DNA of 64,000 bases. Source: an uncultured Bacteroidales bacterium (GTDB lineage Bacteria; Bacteroidota; Bacteroidia; Bacteroidales; UBA932). The translations under genes were made by a program, and so were the position numbers. The notes beneath the pieces are model-generated. The model worked only from the letters and a program-made list of their open reading frames with translations. It had not been told where the DNA came from and searched no databases. Shown here one piece after another: positions 9,216 to 17,795 of this stretch. The DNA lies in NCBI GenBank assembly GCA_944322605.1, contig CALUPD010000040.1, positions 9,833 through 73,832 of the forward strand, in the 5' to 3' direction. Numbering within the stretch: the first letter of the stretch is position 1; each line of letters starts with the position of its first letter.

Positions 9216-9262
9216 GATGACTTTGTATTAAGTTAACATTTATCAAAATGATTATCCGCAAA

Positions 9263-11548
9263 TCAGTTCCATGTCTTATCTATGGACACTTCCTTCACGG
9301 CAGACAATTTTCCGTCCTCATCATAAACAACTACTATAAGCTCAGCACTGTCCATAGAGTATATCTCATTTATGACAGCATCCGAAACATATTCCGTGTA
9401 AAATCCGTTCATGCAACCGTCTATGAATTCGCCGTTGGACAAATTCTTGTTTTCGCTGCTTCTTACGCCGACATAATATTTGGAAACATGCTCGTTAGGA
9501 ACAGCCGAAACCGATGTCACATATGCCCACCCGTTGTACTCGCACGAGAGGATTTCCACGGACACATCGGCATCAGGATTTCCATCGCATGCATAAGAAT
9601 CAGTCGTCTCATATATGATCATATGCTCGCCCGTCATCCCGTCTTCTCCGACAGGCGCAAAACCGAAAACATAGTCTTTTTCAGCGACAAGGTTTTCGAT
9701 TCTGAATTCGCCGCTATTTTCTATCCTCGAATAATTATTGATTTTAAGAGAATTAAGAAAAGCCTGCTCATCGAACCACTCATCGTACACTTGGAACTTG
9801 TATAGCATCGCCGATGCATTCTTTCCTAATGAAATATCGAAAACGGCTTCATGCAGTCCCATATCCTTCAACAGAGCCGAACCTTCCGCATCGCCGATAT
9901 CTTCCAAAGACTTGGTCCTGTAATTCAGCCATGCCGCATTTCCGAGCCTTCCGTCACTGTCTTTAGGAACTACCATAAGCGTATAGTCTTTCGATGGCGA
10001 CAAATACGAAATCACCGTATCCTTTGCCCCGCCATTGCAACTTATAGGATATGTAGTCACCGTATTTGCAGCCATCTCGTCAAATCCGGCAGAACCCTCC
10101 TCGCGGAATCCTTCCAAATTATAGACATATATGAATTTTGCATCTGCCGGAATATTCATGCCGAAGCGTATTTCGGAATATGACACGCTGTGACCGGTTA
10201 TCTCTACGGAGAAGTCCTTTTCTCCTATTACCACTTCCGGAAGGACCACGGACTGCCACACGGCCGCACCTGCGTCAAGGCTTCCGTCCTTTTTCACAGG
10301 AACGCCCCCGGCAGTATACATGCCCCCTCTTTCAAGAAAATAATCCGTAGTCCATGTCCTGAACGTAAAATTCATATTTTCGGAATATTCCTGATATTGA
10401 GGGGAACTATACCCTTGCGTGATAATTTCTTCCCAATCCCAGTCTTCCGAGGACGGATACATCATGGAAGCAGGGGCAGCCACAAAATAATATTTCGAAT
10501 ACAAATCCTTGTCAATCGACACTTCGATCGCAGCATCCGTACTGGTGACATCGGAGATTTTTATCTCAAAAGGTTTCGTCACATATTCTTCGGTAATGAA
10601 ATCTTTCGACACCGGAGCTCCTGAATAGCCTTTTGAATTGATTCCGTATGCATAGACCGAATATTCGGTCAGCGGTTCGAGCTGCGTCAAAATAAATGAC
10701 ACGGAAGATCCGTCCAATGAATGGCGGCTGTAATCCTGTTCTTCTGGAGCTGGAGCATCCTTTTCCACACAGCAATATGCATATTCGACGGCATTTTCCG
10801 CCACTATGCCGACTGTCGCCTGATTATATTCCGCATCTATGGTTTCTATCGAGATCAATGGCTCGATTTCCGTCCTGAACGTGGAAAACGCCCTTTCAGA
10901 CTCCTCGCCGCCGGAATTCACAGCCAAGGCTACTACCGTATAACTGGTATTTTCCATCAAGCCTCTTGCTTCTACTTCAGTCTCTTCCGAAGCCTCGACC
11001 GCATTATCCAACTCGATTGAACGAACATCTTCCGAACTTTCCGCAACAGCATATTTCATAGATGCCGCATTAAGCGGAGCCAATATGAATTTTACCGAAG
11101 AAGATGTCGTCTCAACAATCTCTATGTCTACTTTCGCCTGCGATGAAGTCACGGCATCGATGCTCGTTTCAGGGCCTTTTTTGCCATCCGCATTCGTAGC
11201 GTACGCCGTTATAATGTATTTCGTGTTTTCCGACAGGCCGCCTTCCGTAATTTTTATCGGACTTCCATCAATTTCCACGGAAGCATAATCTTCTGCGGCA
11301 GAACCTTGCTCGTACACGGCATATGAAACCGACACCGCGTTTTCAGCCACCGCCTCGAAGCTGATGCTCGAAGACGATGTCGCTGTCACTTTAAGGCTCA
11401 CAGTAGCTTCTTTCGCAGGAGTTTCATCCTTGCATGAGACCATGGCCAGCAATAACGCCGGCATGATTGCCAAGACGGCCATGCATCTTGCCTTGATGCA
11501 AAATAATCCATTCTTAGGTTTCATGATAATAATTTTTAGGTTTGACAT
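9263..11548 (-). CDS. large surface lipoprotein with about 7-8 Fn3-like repeats, function unknown
   Basis: Lipobox LLLAMVSC. Reiterated ~90-aa modules ending in L.ENT.Y.V.A.A.N..G. The start is taken at the ATG at 11546-11548 (MSNLKIIIMKPKNG); the ATG at 11524 (MKPKNG) is equally possible. The tracked start at 11605 lies inside the invertible segment and is rejected. Confidence 0.6.
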   Translation of the reverse strand: MSNLKIIIMKPKNGLFCIKARCMAVLAIMPALLLAMVSCKDETPAKEATVSLKVTATSSSSISFEAVAENAVSVSYAVYEQGSAAEDYASVEIDGSPIKITEGGLSENTKYIITAYATNADGKKGPETSIDAVTSSQAKVDIEIVETTSSSVKFILAPLNAASMKYAVAESSEDVRSIELDNAVEASEETEVEARGLMENTSYTVVALAVNSGGEESERAFSTFRTEIEPLISIETIDAEYNQATVGIVAENAVEYAYCCVEKDAPAPEEQDYSRHSLDGSSVSFILTQLEPLTEYSVYAYGINSKGYSGAPVSKDFITEEYVTKPFEIKISDVTSTDAAIEVSIDKDLYSKYYFVAAPASMMYPSSEDWDWEEIITQGYSSPQYQEYSENMNFTFRTWTTDYFLERGGMYTAGGVPVKKDGSLDAGAAVWQSVVLPEVVIGEKDFSVEITGHSVSYSEIRFGMNIPADAKFIYVYNLEGFREEGSAGFDEMAANTVTTYPISCNGGAKDTVISYLSPSKDYTLMVVPKDSDGRLGNAAWLNYRTKSLEDIGDAEGSALLKDMGLHEAVFDISLGKNASAMLYKFQVYDEWFDEQAFLNSLKINNYSRIENSGEFRIENLVAEKDYVFGFAPVGEDGMTGEHMIIYETTDSYACDGNPDADVSVEILSCEYNGWAYVTSVSAVPNEHVSKYYVGVRSSENKNLSNGEFIDGCMNGFYTEYVSDAVINEIYSMDSAELIVVVYDEDGKLSAVKEVSIDKTWN

Positions 11549-11550
11549 AT

Positions 11551-11579
11551 GTTCCGCCTCTTTGCAGGAGGCGGAACTG
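11551..11579. repeat. left inverted repeat (IR-L) of the candidate inverton
   Basis: GTTCCGCCTCTTTGCAGGAGGCGGAACTG, the exact reverse complement of 11779-11807. It is internally dyad-symmetric around the 7-bp TTTGCAG. Confidence 0.9.
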
Positions 11580-11778
11580 CAAATCGGACTGTCGCAATTA
11601 AACAATTATATGTCAATACATTATATCATCACGATATTATACGGTCGGATTTTCGTCTTCGAACATGCCTGGGAATCGCTTGGGATGGCAAAAGACTTGC
11701 TGTCCGGTTTGCGGCGTTTATAATTTTACTTGCAATAAATTATAACCTTGCCGTTATTTTATTATATTTGCAAGGAAA
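11580..11778 (+). promoter_or_regulatory. invertible promoter segment (199 bp), currently oriented away from the lipoprotein operon (OFF)
   Basis: Non-coding, AT-rich, bounded by 29-bp perfect inverted repeats. It holds a single TAnnTTTG box on the + strand, 9 bp from IR-R. Confidence 0.65.
11763..11770 (+). promoter_or_regulatory. Bacteroidetes -7 promoter box TATATTTG inside the invertible segment
   Basis: Exact match to the TAnnTTTG consensus. The same octamer lies upstream of rsmE (32912-32919) and of the ORF at 13508 (13439-13446). Confidence 0.55.
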
Positions 11779-11807
11779 CAGTTCCGCCTCCTGCAAAGAG
11801 GCGGAAC
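11779..11807. repeat. right inverted repeat (IR-R) of the candidate inverton
   Basis: CAGTTCCGCCTCCTGCAAAGAGGCGGAAC. With 11808-11809 it reads as 12-bp arm / 7-bp CTGCAAA spacer / 12-bp arm. Confidence 0.9.
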
Positions 11808-11937
11808 TGCTTTTATATTATATTCAATCATATGAATAACATATTGAAAGAAAAGTGCGACCTGTCGAGCTTTGCAAGAGAGGCATGGCCGCCAGGAGTC
11901 ACGGATTGCATTTGTTTTCTGGCAATAATGCGGATAA

Positions 11938-12480
11938 TCAGAGAAACCTGCCGACGCCAGACTCCAATTCCAGCAGCATTTTTTTCGCAGCAAGGCCTCC
12001 GGCATATCCGGTAAGCGAGCCGCCGCTGCCAATGACCCTGTGACAAGGAATAAAAATAGAAATAGAATTGGCTCCTACTGCATTAGCCGTAGCACGAACG
12101 GCAGAAGGAATTCCAGCCATCAGGGCAAGCTCTCCATACGAAACAGTCCTCCCATATGGTATTTCCTGTATCTTGTCCCATATTTTCCTTTGGAAACCAG
12201 TGCCTGCAAAAAGCACTGGAATGTCGAATTCCCGGCGGACACCTTTGAAATATTCGTCCAATTGCGAAAAAGCCATGCATAACGTATCGGACGGGGTGTC
12301 CGCGAATCCCGCTTCCAGGATTCTCCTCAACCGTCCGCCTATAAGGTCCATCCTTTTCCCTATAGCCCAGTCGCATAGGCAAAGCCTGCCATTAAAAGAT
12401 CCTACCATCAAATCGCCGCAAGGCGAATGGTAACGCTGCACGCAAATGACATTTCCGCTTTCCATATTATTAATAATCAA
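11938..12480 (-). CDS. ogt: methylated-DNA--protein-cysteine methyltransferase
   Basis: Active-site IPCHRVIGSGGSLTGYAGG motif. Confidence 0.9.
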   Translation of the reverse strand: MIINNMESGNVICVQRYHSPCGDLMVGSFNGRLCLCDWAIGKRMDLIGGRLRRILEAGFADTPSDTLCMAFSQLDEYFKGVRREFDIPVLFAGTGFQRKIWDKIQEIPYGRTVSYGELALMAGIPSAVRATANAVGANSISIFIPCHRVIGSGGSLTGYAGGLAAKKMLLELESGVGRFL

Positions 12481-13167
12481 TCATAAATCCGGCAGCCTTT
12501 TCTTTTCAGCCCTAGCGGGAACCCGCTTTGGAGCATAGTCCTTCATTCCTTCTACTGCGCCGCCGGCTACGGCCCAAAGATAAAGGCTCGCCACGCTGCC
12601 GAACGGAGAAAACCGCTTCCTGTATTTTTCGAAAAGTTCGCGGGTGATTCTACGGTGATGATAGACCATACGCAGCCCGCGCTGGATGCCGAGGTCGCCG
12701 TAACTCAATATGTCAGGACGTTGCATGGAAAACAGCATCAGCATCTGCGCGCTCCATACGCCTATGCCGTCTAATGAGGAAAGGTGCTTGCAGACTTGCT
12801 CGTCGCTCATCGAACCGAGAGAAGAAATATCGAATTCCCCGCTGAGGATTTTTGCAGCCGCGCCCTGGATATACGCCGCCTTCCTGTAGGATATTCCGAA
12901 CCCGCGCAGCCGGTCCGGCGAAAGAGCCGCCGCCTTTTCGGGCGTCAGCCTTCCCAACACGTCCTGCATCCGCCGCCATACCGTCTCATGAGCCTTGGTC
13001 GAAATCTGCTGCCCTACAATAGAATGCACCAAGGCCTCGAAAAGATCGGGAATGACATGCCTTTTCACGAAGCCCACACGCTCTATGACTTCCGCCATGC
13101 GCTTGTCGGCCCGTTTAAGAGCGTTTATTTCCATTTCCCCGTACTGGAAATATTCTTCCATACTCAA
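12481..13167 (-). CDS. alkA: DNA-3-methyladenine glycosylase II (HhH-GPD family)
   Basis: VGQQIS...A, LSSLDGIGVWSAQMLMLFSMQRPDILSYGDLGIQRG (HhH plus catalytic Asp). It abuts ogt with no gap. Confidence 0.85.
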   Translation of the reverse strand: MSMEEYFQYGEMEINALKRADKRMAEVIERVGFVKRHVIPDLFEALVHSIVGQQISTKAHETVWRRMQDVLGRLTPEKAAALSPDRLRGFGISYRKAAYIQGAAAKILSGEFDISSLGSMSDEQVCKHLSSLDGIGVWSAQMLMLFSMQRPDILSYGDLGIQRGLRMVYHHRRITRELFEKYRKRFSPFGSVASLYLWAVAGGAVEGMKDYAPKRVPARAEKKRLPDL

Positions 13168-13259
13168 CTGCCTTTAACCGGTAACAAAATTAGGAATTTA
13201 CCGGCAGCGCACAAAAAAAGCGTTCAAGATATTCTCTCAAACGCCTTATTTAGAACTTG

Positions 13260-13333
13260 TAGCGCGAGGCGGGCTTGAACCGCCGACCTCATGATTATGA
13301 ATCATGCGCTCTAACCAGCTGAGCTACCGCGCC
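13260..13333 (-). tRNA. tRNA with CAU anticodon (elongator Met, or Ile2 if lysidine-modified)
   Basis: I folded the reverse complement by hand as GGCGCGG-TA-GCTC-AGCTGGTTA-GAGC-G-CATGA-TTCATAA-TCATG-AGGTC-GGCGG-TTCAAGC-CCGCC-TCGCGCT-A, a 74-nt cloverleaf. The anticodon stem lacks the three G-C pairs typical of initiator tRNA. No encoded CCA. Confidence 0.85.
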
Positions 13334-13438
13334 GAATTGGACTGCAAAAGTAAGCATTATTTTTTAACATCCAAAATTATTTGCAAAAAGTGACAAAAAG
13401 CCGCCCGTTCTTATTTACACGGCAAACAATAAATATTA

Positions 13439-13446
13439 TATATTTG
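13439..13446 (+). promoter_or_regulatory. -7 box TATATTTG upstream of the ORF at 13508
   Basis: Exact TAnnTTTG match, 62 nt upstream of the start codon. Confidence 0.4.
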
Positions 13447-13507
13447 TAAATTGATTTGGTATTTTTATTGTTATCCGATTAAACCGGAGCTATAACAGAC
13501 AATTATT

Positions 13508-13822
13508 ATGGGATTATTTTTCAATCTGCCCAAACATAGGGTTTTCAATTACCAGCCCGTATTCTACGATCCTAAAAAAGAGGACCTGGACGCAAGGATA
13601 GCCAAGGCCGAAAGGGAAAAGGCCGAAGCGGAAGGCAAGGAAAAAGAGCCGTATGTTCCGGGAGAATACATAAAAAGGAATTTCCGCAGCAATTACGAAA
13701 AAGGGAAAAAGGTCAGCGGGAAGGAAAACGTCAACAGGATAATAAGAATAATAGGGATATTGCTCGTGCTTGTCCTTCTTTTCTACTTCATCGACGGCTT
13801 CTCCCTGTTCTTCGGAAAATAA
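13508..13822 (+). CDS. small Lys/Glu-rich protein with a C-terminal transmembrane helix, hypothetical
   Basis: Charged N-terminal part, then IIRIIGILLVLVLLFYFIDGFSLFF. Promoter box upstream. Confidence 0.5.
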   Translation: MGLFFNLPKHRVFNYQPVFYDPKKEDLDARIAKAEREKAEAEGKEKEPYVPGEYIKRNFRSNYEKGKKVSGKENVNRIIRIIGILLVLVLLFYFIDGFSLFFGK

Positions 13823-14026
13823 TCCTGACCATGCCCCGCATTTCGCAGGATTAGAAGCCAGCCGCCTGTTCTTCGGCAAATAATCCGGATCAGGGACACC
13901 GCAACCGCCGGCCCGCATAAAGCCCGCGCTGCGCCGCAACCGGCCTCCAAGGCAGGCGCGTGTCTTGCTGCCGCATAGAGGCAAGCGAACGCGCGGCAGC
14001 ATAAACCGACAAAACACGAACATAAC

Positions 14027-16000
14027 ATGCTTAAAGTACTTCCGAGCCATATTTCCAACCTTATCGCGGCAGGAGAGGTCGTGCAACGCCCTTCATCTGT
14101 CGTCAAGGAACTTATGGAAAACGCGATAGACGCGGGAGCCGACAAGGTATCCGTCCTTATAGAATCATCAGGAAGAAGCCTTGTCCAGGTCGTCGACAAC
14201 GGGTCGGGAATGAGCAGGGAAGACGCGATACTGTCATTCAAACGTCACGCGACGTCAAAAATAGACAAGGCCGAGGACCTGCAAGGCATAACGACTTACG
14301 GATTCAGGGGAGAAGCCTTAGCGTCCATAGCGGCAGTCGCGGAAGTCACGATGAAAACAAGGACCGCGACGGACGAAACAGGAACGGAAGTATCGGTGAA
14401 ATCATCCGAGGTCGTTTCGGTCTCGGAAACGGCATGCCCGAAAGGGACGAGCATAGCTGTACGCAATATCTTCTACAATGTGCCTGCAAGAAGAAAATTC
14501 CTTAAATCCGACAACACGGAATTCAGCAAAATCGCAGAGGAATTCATTCACATCGCATTAGTAAACAACAGCATATCGTTCAGCCTGATCCATAACGGCA
14601 AAAAGATATTCGACGTGCCGTCAGGAACCAACCTCAAACAAAGGATAAGGCTGCTGGTCGGGAAAAAATACGCGGACGACCTGCTGAACATAAAAAACGA
14701 AAGCTCGCTGATAAAGATAAGCGGATATATCGGAAAGCCTGAAAGCGCATTGAAGAAGAACGAAAGCCGCCAGCTGTTTTTCATAAACGGCAGGTATTTC
14801 CACAGCCAGCTCATGAAAGCGGCCGTGATGAAGGGATATGACAGGCTTCTGCCCGAAGACAAGTCCCCTTCCTTTTTCATATGCATGGAAGCAGATCCGT
14901 CAAAGATCGACATAAACATACATCCTACGAAAGCCGAAATAAAGTTCGAAGACGAAAGCATGGTATTCGAATTCCTGAGGGCGGCCGTAAGGGAAACGAT
15001 CGGGATAAATTCGATAGCCCCGACTATAGACTTCGACACTGACGGCTCCATTGAAATCCCGAGCATGGTCAAGACCAAGCTCGAATTTTCCGAAAGCGGC
15101 ACATTCCCTGAAGCCCCCGAAACAGGAATCGACCCGGACTTCAATCCTTTTTCGGACAGCATGAAGCCGGATGCCGGATTCGAACCGGAAATTCCGGGCT
15201 TTACCGGAAGCGGCAATCCATGGAGAGACAGCACAAGAGGGACGAAAAAAGAAAGCGGGACATGGGATCGCCCATACGAGAGGCTTTCAGGCATGGCATC
15301 GTCCGATTATACAATGCCTGAAGACATAGGCCTAATGGAAAATTCCGCCGAAAGCATCGGCCGGAACATCCGCAAGGAACATGGCTACGGAGGCCTGTTC
15401 GGAGACATTCCGCAGACCCAATCCCAGCTGCTGCTAATAAAAGGCAAGTACATCATAACTCCGGCCAGATCCGGAATCATGGTAACGGACATCAAAAGGG
15501 CCAGGGAGCGCATACTTTTCGACGACTACATGGCAAGGGAAAAGTCCGGAGAAATCATATCCGACAGGACATTGCATCCCGTAACGCTCGACATGTCAGT
15601 AATCACGCGCAATCTGATAAAAGACAAAGCGGACGATTTCAAAAGGCTCGGATTCGACATCCGCATCCCGGAAAACGATTCGCAGATAGAAGTGTACGGC
15701 GCGCCGATGATCGAGCTCATGTCGGACATGAATACGCTTGCCGGCATAATAGAGAACCTCGCCGAATCCCTGTCGGAAAACCCCGAAGGAGTAATCGTCG
15801 AAATGAACAGTTCGGTGAAAGAAAAATACGCGGCAGCCCTTGCCAAGGCCGGAGCCGCAGAAGGCCTTTCCAAGATCAATCCGACAGAAGCCCAGGCCAT
15901 CATAGACCGGCTTCTCACCTGCCGCAACCCGGGGTATTCGCCTTCCGGAGAAAAGACCATAGTACTGATGACTACGGAACAGATAAGCAAATTGTTTTAA
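14027..16000 (+). CDS. mutL: DNA mismatch repair protein MutL
   Basis: N-terminal GHKL ATPase motifs: IAAGEVVQRPSSVVKELMENAIDAGA, DNGSGM, TYGFRGEALASI. Confidence 0.95.
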   Translation: MLKVLPSHISNLIAAGEVVQRPSSVVKELMENAIDAGADKVSVLIESSGRSLVQVVDNGSGMSREDAILSFKRHATSKIDKAEDLQGITTYGFRGEALASIAAVAEVTMKTRTATDETGTEVSVKSSEVVSVSETACPKGTSIAVRNIFYNVPARRKFLKSDNTEFSKIAEEFIHIALVNNSISFSLIHNGKKIFDVPSGTNLKQRIRLLVGKKYADDLLNIKNESSLIKISGYIGKPESALKKNESRQLFFINGRYFHSQLMKAAVMKGYDRLLPEDKSPSFFICMEADPSKIDINIHPTKAEIKFEDESMVFEFLRAAVRETIGINSIAPTIDFDTDGSIEIPSMVKTKLEFSESGTFPEAPETGIDPDFNPFSDSMKPDAGFEPEIPGFTGSGNPWRDSTRGTKKESGTWDRPYERLSGMASSDYTMPEDIGLMENSAESIGRNIRKEHGYGGLFGDIPQTQSQLLLIKGKYIITPARSGIMVTDIKRARERILFDDYMAREKSGEIISDRTLHPVTLDMSVITRNLIKDKADDFKRLGFDIRIPENDSQIEVYGAPMIELMSDMNTLAGIIENLAESLSENPEGVIVEMNSSVKEKYAAALAKAGAAEGLSKINPTEAQAIIDRLLTCRNPGYSPSGEKTIVLMTTEQISKLF

Positions 16001-16020
16001 CATTAATTCTTAAAAGACAA

Positions 16021-16695
16021 ATGAGAAACACACCCCCTATAACAAAGAACCTCATCATACTAAACTGCCTGATGCTGCTATTGGTATATGTTACCGGAGG
16101 AAACATGTCGTTCCTTTACGAATACCTTTCATTGTTCCCGTTCGAATCGGAGATGTTCAAGCCATACCAGGTCATAACCCACATGTTCATGCACGGCGGA
16201 ATATTGCACCTGGTATTCAACATGTACACACTGTGGATATTCGGAAGCGTGCTTGAAAGGATATGGGGACCGTACAAATTCTTCCTGTTCTATATGGTAA
16301 CCGGAATAGGGGCCGCATTATGCCACGAACTCGTGCTCCATATCGAATACAGCTCCCTGACAAATACCATAGCCTCGGCTTCCGACATGATTGCAAAGGC
16401 AGAGGCGAACACAAGGCTTGCAAGGCTGCTGATAACACCGACCGTAGGAGCCTCTGGAGCCATTTACGGAGTGCTTTTAGGATACGGAATGCTGTTCCCT
16501 AACAACAGGCTGCAACTGGTATTCCCGCCTGTCGCGATGAAGGCAAAATGGTTCGTAATCATATTCGGAGCGATCGAACTCCTGATGGGACTGACCGCTT
16601 CGGACAATGTGGCCCATTTCGCGCATTTAGGAGGCATGATTTTCGGATATTTCCTGATCCTGTACTGGAAGAAGAAAAACAAGATGTACTATTAA
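16021..16695 (+). CDS. rhomboid family intramembrane serine protease
   Basis: GASGAIYGVL catalytic Ser motif and HLGGMIFG catalytic His motif in a multi-TM protein. Confidence 0.85.
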   Translation: MRNTPPITKNLIILNCLMLLLVYVTGGNMSFLYEYLSLFPFESEMFKPYQVITHMFMHGGILHLVFNMYTLWIFGSVLERIWGPYKFFLFYMVTGIGAALCHELVLHIEYSSLTNTIASASDMIAKAEANTRLARLLITPTVGASGAIYGVLLGYGMLFPNNRLQLVFPPVAMKAKWFVIIFGAIELLMGLTASDNVAHFAHLGGMIFGYFLILYWKKKNKMYY

Positions 16696-16708
16696 AGAAC
16701 GCTGGATA

Positions 16709-17791
16709 TTGAAAAAGAGCAGAAAAAGACCGCCGTCATTCACGGGGCTCGTCATACGGGCAGCAGGCGTGGTATTTTCCATCGCCCTCGCGGTTTCATA
16801 CTCGACTGTAGCGGTCAGTCCGCAGACAAGCTCGATACCCCTATTCTTCGGGCTTTTCTACATTCCGCTCCTTATAATCACCGCATTATTGGCATTGCTG
16901 CTGGTCATGGCGGGATCGCGCCTAAAATGGCTCGCAATAGCGGCCATTGCGCCGTCAGTCTTTTTCATAGGCGATTTCTACAGATTGCCCGGAAACGGGG
17001 AAACGGGCAACGCACAGGACCATGGCATCTCCATACTCAGCTATAACGCAGGGATGTTCGGGTCTTCCTCCGCAGGGCTAAGCAGAAAGGAATGCGCGGA
17101 AAGCATATCCGAACTCATAGACAGGAACGGATGCGAAGTCGCATGCCTTCAGGAAGTATATTTGGGCAAAAACGAAAACCTGCACGAGATTTTCAAGGAT
17201 TACAAGTACATACACTCGCATTTATTCACCCTTCCGAGCGGAAACAGGTTCGGAAACGTGACATTGAGCAAATACCCTTTCAGCGGGAAAGGCGTAATCT
17301 CCTTCGATAACAGCACGAACCTGTCCATTTACAGCGACATTGCAGTAAACGGGGAAGAAATAAGGATTTACAACAACCACCTCGAATCATACAATATCTC
17401 GTTCACTTCGTTCATAAAGAAAAGCACTGACAGGCACAAGATGACGGACGAGATAATGTATATGGGGGACAAACTGAACAAATCTACCATAAAAAGGGCC
17501 GAACAGGTCAAAACCATATTGGAGCACGCGGAAAATGCAGGAAAGAAAGTCCTCTTATGCGGCGATTTCAACGATACGCCGATGTCCTACACATACAGCA
17601 GGCTGAGCAAGGGGATGAAAGACACGTTCAAGGAAGCAGGAAAAGGATTCGGAGCGACATACTCCTATCTCTGGCCTCTTTTGAGAATCGACTACCTGCT
17701 CGTTCCCCAAGAGAGCGAAGTCCTCTCGCACGACATAATAAGGACCGGCCTTTCGGACCATTACCCGATAATAAGCAAATTAAATATATGA
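16709..17791 (+). CDS. endonuclease/exonuclease/phosphatase (EEP) family membrane protein
   Basis: N-terminal TM helices, then an EEP fold ending in the SDHYPIISKL signature. Apparent TTG start. Confidence 0.7.
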   Translation: MKKSRKRPPSFTGLVIRAAGVVFSIALAVSYSTVAVSPQTSSIPLFFGLFYIPLLIITALLALLLVMAGSRLKWLAIAAIAPSVFFIGDFYRLPGNGETGNAQDHGISILSYNAGMFGSSSAGLSRKECAESISELIDRNGCEVACLQEVYLGKNENLHEIFKDYKYIHSHLFTLPSGNRFGNVTLSKYPFSGKGVISFDNSTNLSIYSDIAVNGEEIRIYNNHLESYNISFTSFIKKSTDRHKMTDEIMYMGDKLNKSTIKRAEQVKTILEHAENAGKKVLLCGDFNDTPMSYTYSRLSKGMKDTFKEAGKGFGATYSYLWPLLRIDYLLVPQESEVLSHDIIRTGLSDHYPIISKLNI

Positions 17792-17795
17792 CGAT

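Noticed and set aside
11364-11839. ORFs 11364-11723(+) and 11549-11839(+), and the 11605 start of the 780-aa ORF
   Set aside because: They run through the inverted repeats and the AT-rich invertible segment. The shared SSASCKEAE peptide is simply the IR translated on both strands.
13514-14241. 190-aa and 152-aa minus-strand ORFs
   Set aside because: They lie antisense to the small ORF at 13508 and to the mutL 5' end, crossing a GC-rich spacer. Composition is Arg/Cys/Ala-rich with no motifs.
14548-15294. 248-aa minus-strand ORF
   Set aside because: It is antisense within mutL and has a Ser/Leu/Phe-rich shadow-ORF composition.
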